Shown in pieces: positions 19,731-25,124 of a stretch of DNA of 25,124 nt (position 1 is its first letter; each line of letters starts with the position of its first letter). This DNA comes from an uncultured Methanosarcinaceae archaeon (lineage in GTDB: Archaea > Halobacteriota > Methanosarcinia > Methanosarcinales > Methanosarcinaceae). The stretch covers positions 1 through 25,124 of the forward strand of contig CAVRJG010000028.1 of assembly GCA_963721455.1 (NCBI GenBank), read 5' to 3'. Under the pieces are notes generated by a model. That model was not told the DNA's origin. It worked only from the letters and a program-made list of their open reading frames with translations, and did no database searches. Made by a program: the position numbers and the translations under genes.

Positions 19731-20143
19731 ATACCCGAATTGATCGGATACGAGCCTGGAATATCTTTTCCGGGCGTCATCGGGAGAACACTTGACAGGT
19801 CCTCACCTGCCTAGCCCAAACCGTCAAGGGCCGGAGAGGTTGCACCGAACTTGATACATTTCATTCTAAACGATATCGCTATGTTCAGCTGTCAGTCTTT
19901 GGGAGGCTGTGCGAAACACCCAACCTTGAACGGCTGGCGAAGAGGGGACTGCGCCATGCAAACATGCAGACCATGGCGTTCTGCTCCCCTACGCGGGGCT
20001 GTGCACTGAAGGACAGAAAACGCCATACCCTGAGACTCTTTGCTATCACCGAACTTTTCATAGGCTATCCTGCATATTTTACGTTTAAGGGAACTAATCA
20101 AAGTGATAAAGTTGAACTGAAACGGATCATGACAGAACAGTAA
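19731..20143 (+). pseudogene. Large CxPxR-type arylsulfatase relic with a major internal deletion (absent from ORF track)
   Basis: (I)PELIGYEPGISFPGVIGRTLDRSSPA*PKPSRAGEVAPNL, then after a frameshift ETPNLERLAKRGLRHANMQTMAFCSPTRGC..ITELFIGYP, fused to FTFKGT..VELKRIMTEQ*. Confidence 0.8.
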
Positions 20144-20324
20144 ATTTGTGATATTATTCCAGACTGCTGGTTCCGCCGGAGATTGCAACAGCTTTAGAGC
20201 CGCCGACATCAAGGTGCTCAAGACGGCAAAGGAGGTTCAAAGCGTTTATCGCCTGGAGCCAGTTGACTGAAATATACATAAGCAGACAGCTATTGGCATT
20301 CAGAATCAAAGAAAGGAGATTCTC

Positions 20325-21056
20325 ATGAACTTAACTCGTCGACTCTTAGCAGAGTTTATAGGCACCTTCTGGCTGGTTCTTGGCGGCTGCGGCAGCGCAG
20401 TTCTGGCGGCTGGCTTCCCCGAGCTGGGCATCGGCTTTGCAGGTGTCGCCCTGGCATTCGGACTGACCGTTCTGACGATGGCTTACGCGATTGGTCACAT
20501 CTCGGGCTGCCACCTCAACCCCGCTGTCACTATCGGCCTGTTTATAGGCGGCCGCTTCTCCGCAAAGGACATCCTCCCGTACGTCGTTGTACAGTTGGCA
20601 GGAGCGATCACAGCCGCTTTCGTGCTATGGCAGATCGCCAGCGGTAAGCCTGGCTTCGATCTGGTTGAAAGCGGTTTCGCGGCCAATGGATTCGGGGAAC
20701 ACTCACCCGGAGGGTACTCGTTATTCGCAGCGCTGGTCTGTGAGCTCGTGATGACCTTCATGTTTCTCTTCATCATTCTTGGCTCAACTGATTACCGCGC
20801 CCCATCGCATTTCGCGCCGATCGCCATCGGGCTGGGACTGACTCTAATTCACCTGATCAGCATTCCGGTGACAAATACTTCAGTGAATCCGGCCCGCAGC
20901 ACATCGCAGGCACTATTCGTCGGCGGCTGGGCAATTCAACAGCTGTGGTTGTTCTGGATAGCGCCAATCGTTGGAGCGATTCTGGCTGGCATCGTTTATC
21001 GTGCTGTTGGCCGTGACACCGAATCGGATTTGCCAGAACGTCTTAGCTCTCAGTGA
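20325..21056 (+). CDS. aqpZ: Aquaporin Z (bacterial type)
   Basis: Two NPA motifs (HLNPAV, SVNPARS). [24 protein letters not shown] and [24 protein letters not shown] are AqpZ signatures. Confidence 0.95.
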   Translation: MNLTRRLLAEFIGTFWLVLGGCGSAVLAAGFPELGIGFAGVALAFGLTVLTMAYAIGHISGCHLNPAVTIGLFIGGRFSAKDILPYVVVQLAGAITAAFVLWQIASGKPGFDLVESGFAANGFGEHSPGGYSLFAALVCELVMTFMFLFIILGSTDYRAPSHFAPIAIGLGLTLIHLISIPVTNTSVNPARSTSQALFVGGWAIQQLWLFWIAPIVGAILAGIVYRAVGRDTESDLPERLSSQ

Positions 21057-21336
21057 GGGCTGCAGAAAATACTTATTATAATTCGGGGTAGCGGTGGTGT
21101 CGGCGGGATCAAGCATCGTATGCTGTCCCTGACTAACCTGAAATCGATCATACTGTGGGAATCCTCGACCAATTCTATAATTCGACCTAAGTGGAAGACA
21201 GATAAAAAAGGACGAAACTTAACTAAAACGATTAATAATAAAACAGCAATTAGCGTTATTTGGGGCGGTAGCTCTATGAGTTTCCGCCCGGAAAAACTTG
21301 AGAGAGGCAAATGTTCCACTTAACAGCAACTTTTAA

Positions 21337-22855
21337 TCAGCGATAACTCTTCAGCAGGTTTTCCAGGAAAATCCAGATTTTTTCAATCGAAGGAATGAAA
21401 ATTCTTTCTGAAGGAGCAATGCGGGTCTTTGATCGTCGGCCCGAAAGAGATCATTTCCATACCCTCATACACCGAGCCGATTATCCCGCACTCAAGCCCT
21501 GCATGCACGACTTTAATCTCAGGCTCTTTCCCGAAAGTTTTGTTATAGACCTGCCTGCATTTTAAGAGCAACCCTGACTTCAGGTCAGGTTCCCAGGCAG
21601 GGTACCCCGGTTCATGTTCAATCCGCGCTCCTGCCAGCTTTGCCACAGCTTCCACCTTTCCGGTTATTTTAGCCAGCATGAAAGTACTGGAACTGCGCTG
21701 GCTTGATACAGCCGTTACTTCATTTTCCTTCGTCCGTACGGTCGCCAGGTTATTTGAGGTTTCCACAAGCCCCGGTATAGTATCCGACATCCTGTAAACC
21801 CCATGCGGCAGCCCCAGGAGCAGCCCTATCAGCCTCTCTTCGGTCCCTGACGAAAAGACCCGGCAGGGCACTTCCTTTCTGGCGATCCCGTCTCCGGCAG
21901 TTTCAAAGGCTGTTTTCCTGTCAACCTCTTTGAAATCCAGAACCAGGCCAGGGTCGGTTTTTGTATATTCAGCCTGAAACGCCTTCCTGAGGCCTGAAAC
22001 GGCTTCTTCGGCCTTATCGGCCTTTTCCCTGTGAAGTGCGACAAATGCCTCTGCGGTATTGGGGATTGCATTATGGACGCTGCCCCCGTTTAGCAGGATA
22101 AGCCTTAGATTTTCTGCCCCGATCTTCTCCCTGAGCCCGGCCAGCGCAAGGGAGAGAAGCTGTATTCCATTTGCACGCTGCTTATCGATTTCAACCCCGG
22201 AATGCCCGCCTTCCAGCCCCTCAACCGAGAGCCTGAAAAACCCGAATAAACTTTCTTTTTCGCAGCCAAATAGTTCCCACTCAACAGGCAGTGTAATCAG
22301 CGAATTCTGCCCGCCAGCGCACCCGACTACGAAAACCCCTTCATCTTCGGAGTCCAGATTCAGGAGCACTTTCCCTTCAAAGAAACCAGCCTCAAGCCCC
22401 AGTGCTCCCGTCAAACCTGTTTCCTCATCTACCGTAAAAAGAAGTTCAAGTGGCGGATGCCCGATTTCTCCTTTCTGTCCGGCTTCTGCCAGCACCAGCC
22501 CGACTGCAAGTGCAATCCCATTATCCGCCCCTATGGAAGTCCCATCTCCCCGCATCCAGTTCCCGTCACAAACGCATCTTACAGGGTCTCTGGAAAAGTC
22601 GTGCTTGGAGTCCTTGCATTTCTCGCAGACCATGTCCATGTGCCCCTGCAGAACGAGTGTGGGAGAACTTTCATAGCCGGCTGTTGCAGGGGTTTTGATA
22701 AGGACGTTATTTAAGGAATCGGCTTTTACCTCAAAACCTCTGGACCTGCCCCATTCCTGCAGCCAGATAGAAATTTTTTCTTCGTGCTTTGAAAGCCGCG
22801 GGATTTTGTTGATTTCTTCGAAGACTTCAAGGATCTGCTGGGTTTTCGGGTGCAT
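21337..22855 (-). CDS. pepD: Aminoacyl-histidine dipeptidase (peptidase M20C) with one extra base near the 3' end
   Basis: LQGHMDMV, GADNGI, DEETGL, NLDSE, GGHSG, HAGLECG. Removing one T (gene strand, ~21419) gives DPHAPSERIFIPSIEKIWIFLENLLKSYR* ending at 21337. Confidence 0.92.
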
Positions 22856-22942
22856 AGGGATCAATTTATAATTTTCTTTATGGATTGGTTTTGAACTGAC
22901 TGTACTGTAATCAGGTAATTTTATAATTTATTGAAAACCGTC

Positions 22943-22988
22943 ATGTGCTTTGAATAATATCTCAAATGTGCTTTGAATAATATCTCAA
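22943..22988. repeat. Exact 23-bp tandem duplication in the divergent intergenic region
   Basis: ATGTGCTTTGAATAATATCTCAA occurs twice in tandem. Confidence 0.95.
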
Positions 22989-23228
22989 ATGCTATAAAAA
23001 TCAATCATATATTAAGTTTGGAGTGAGTATATTAGTTTCAATATAAAAATAGTAGTCGAAGCAATCGAAAGCTGTAAAATTAATAAAGATAATTTAATAA
23101 ATAAAGATATGATAATATTAATTTCAGCTTATAATACTTATTTCCGGCCTTATGGTTTGATCGCGAAAGCCTTTCCAGGCCAGGAAATAGACCACGAAAA
23201 GTTCTGAGGGGCAGGGGGCAGATTTAGC

Positions 23229-24350
23229 GTGCCGGACACATCGGACATGTTGATTTTCTGGGCTGTAGTTATGTCACGTTTCTTTATACCGCTAGCTATT
23301 CCCAGATATCCTCTTCCGGCGATAATAGCTTCTCTAATCCTCGATACCGTAGACCAGACGATCTTCCAGCAATTTACCAGCCTGCCTCTGGAAGGCTATC
23401 AGGGCTACGACAAAGCTCTTGACATTTATTACCTGACCATCACGTACCTTTCGACCCTGCGCAACTGGTCGAACCTTTACGCCTTCAAACTTGACCGCTT
23501 TCTTTTCTATTACAGGCTGGTCGGCGTGACCCTTTTCGAACTAACACACATGCGGCCACTGTTGCTGATTTTTCCCAACACTTTTGAGTACTTCTTTATC
23601 TTCTACGAAGCCGTCCGCCTGAAATGGGATCCGCTGGTGCTTACAAAAGAGAAATTGATTACCGCTGTAGCTCTGATATGGATCTTTATTAAGCTTCCGC
23701 AGGAATACTGGATACATATCGCCAAACTGGACACAACCGACTGGATAAGAGCCAATCCGTCAAACGCATTGATTCTGATTGGCTGGGCTTTATTCCTGCT
23801 GGCAATGGCATGGTGGCTGCTCCGGGACCTGCCTCCCATGAGACCTCGCTTCTCAATTGCTGCCGATCCTGTCCCTGTAGTCCAGAAGGAAAGACCCGGA
23901 CAGGGAATTGAAACCAGTTTTCAGGTGCTTAATTCTCCGGAACGTTTCTTCAATAACGCCCTGCTCGAGAAGACAGTGCTGGTATCTCTCCTCAGCATAA
24001 TTTTTGCCCAGGTGCTCCCCGAGGTGAGGTCAAGTAACCTCCAGCTTGCAATAGGTATGGCTATCCTCATTGTGATAAACACCGCATTGAGCCACTGGCT
24101 TGCCAGGCGTGGGACTCACTGGAAGTCTATAATCCGGGAATTCATAGTGATGACAATAGTGAACTTCGGCATGGTTCTTGCATTTGATTTCTTGCTGCCC
24201 AGATACAACGGTTCAATCAACCTTTTTAACACGCTCTTTTTCGTCCTTCTCCTGACCCTGAACGTCACCCTGTACGACAGATATCGGACGTTGCACATCA
24301 GGAATAATGTCGATGGAGAGGGGTTCTGGCAGAGAGGGGAAAAAGAGTGA
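23229..24350 (+). CDS. Integral membrane protein of unknown function
   Basis: 373-aa ORF with many hydrophobic segments. The N-terminal part contains DTVD..YDKALD. Confidence 0.85.
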   Translation: MPDTSDMLIFWAVVMSRFFIPLAIPRYPLPAIIASLILDTVDQTIFQQFTSLPLEGYQGYDKALDIYYLTITYLSTLRNWSNLYAFKLDRFLFYYRLVGVTLFELTHMRPLLLIFPNTFEYFFIFYEAVRLKWDPLVLTKEKLITAVALIWIFIKLPQEYWIHIAKLDTTDWIRANPSNALILIGWALFLLAMAWWLLRDLPPMRPRFSIAADPVPVVQKERPGQGIETSFQVLNSPERFFNNALLEKTVLVSLLSIIFAQVLPEVRSSNLQLAIGMAILIVINTALSHWLARRGTHWKSIIREFIVMTIVNFGMVLAFDFLLPRYNGSINLFNTLFFVLLLTLNVTLYDRYRTLHIRNNVDGEGFWQRGEKE

Positions 24351-24513
24351 CTTATTCATAACAATCAATGCATAAATTTTTATTCGACCCCTGAAGGTTA
24401 ATTTAGACCCGTATTTGTAGCCGCAGAAAATAGGTGGAATCACTAAATATGCGCCTAAAAAAGAAAGTATGGGAAAAACTGCAAAGAATGACTCTGAATT
24501 AAAATATAGCCTC

Positions 24514-24888
24514 TTATTTACTCTCCTTTTCTTTCAGCTCATAATAAATATCCAGTAATTTGAGCGTGTTTTCAGAAACCCGCACCTCCATATCCTTGCC
24601 CGGCCTAAAAAACGCAAAATGGTGGATTTCACTTTCCGGCTTTGGCTCTCCTTTTGCCTTAATCTTGAAGACCTTGGACGCATGAAACTTGAAAAGGTAT
24701 CTTACATCGTATGCCCGAAGCCCTTTCTCTTCCCGAAGCTCCCGAATCGCAGCTTCGATACTCGCCTCCCCTTTTTTCGGTTTTCCTCCGGGAAGCCGGT
24801 AGTAAGACCCGGAACTGCTCACCAGCAGGATTCCATCATCTGTTTCAACTATTACCGAGCCTCTTCGATTGTCGTATGCGCTTGGAAT
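24514..24888 (-). CDS. Nudix hydrolase (start uncertain)
   Basis: Nudix box GGKPKKGEASIEAAIRELREEKG. The frame extends upstream of GTG 24822 as RRGSVIVETDDGILLV to an ATT at 24888 after GAGGGT. Confidence 0.88.
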   Translation of the reverse strand: MPSAYDNRRGSVIVETDDGILLVSSSGSYYRLPGGKPKKGEASIEAAIRELREEKGLRAYDVRYLFKFHASKVFKIKAKGEPKPESEIHHFAFFRPGKDMEVRVSENTLKLLDIYYELKEKESK

Positions 24889-25124
24889 ATTTTTACCCTC
24901 TTTGAAAAGGTTGTGTTTTAAAGGTTGTATTTTACTGATTTGCTACTTGTTGATAGGAGTTTATTTTTGGAAATACTTATAACTTCCACAGGCCGGTTGC
25001 TTCCTTTCTTCGGTCCCGACTAATGGAAATTTTTATTTTCTCATTAATTTATTCATGAGTATTGATAAAACTCGTAACTGTTCAGGATTATGGTTAGCGG
25101 CGTTCCTTGGAGCGCTGCTATAAC

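Noticed and set aside
19812-19814. TAG as a pyrrolysine codon
   Set aside because: It appears to replace a Trp codon in a gene that is also frameshifted and largely deleted.
20157-20270. Short open frame ending KEVQSVYRLEPVD* upstream of aqpZ
   Set aside because: May be a gene tail, but no family can be assigned with confidence.
21050-21323. Small ORFs between aqpZ and pepD
   Set aside because: No motifs or convincing RBS, and they overlap on opposite strands in a convergent gap.

Overview
Archaeal accessory region, most likely from a Methanosarcina-type methanogen (inferred from gene content, IS types and AT-rich intergenic DNA; not proven). Left: a 9-unit palindromic tandem array inside an imperfect inverted repeat, then a type I restriction-modification remnant on the minus strand (hsdR split by two single-base homopolymer deletions, hsdS damaged mainly in its target-recognition domains, no hsdM in the window). 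Middle: a truncated IS5 and two different IS630 elements. One IS630 marks a deletion or rearrangement junction joining the R-M locus to a decaying sulfatase island. The island holds an anaerobic sulfatase maturase with a SEC-C tail, an intact CxAxR arylsulfatase, a 5'-truncated paralog of it, two relics of a second sulfatase subfamily missed by the ORF track, DUF1269, a DUF6325-like remnant, two AI-2E transporters, LURP-one-like, PrsW and YqhA genes, and a bacterial-type AqpZ. Right: pepD, a membrane protein with a CDP-alcohol phosphotransferase-like Asp motif, and a Nudix hydrolase. Single-base indels in many unrelated genes suggest some frameshifts are sequencing or assembly errors. All family calls come from motif recognition and manual translation; no searches were run.
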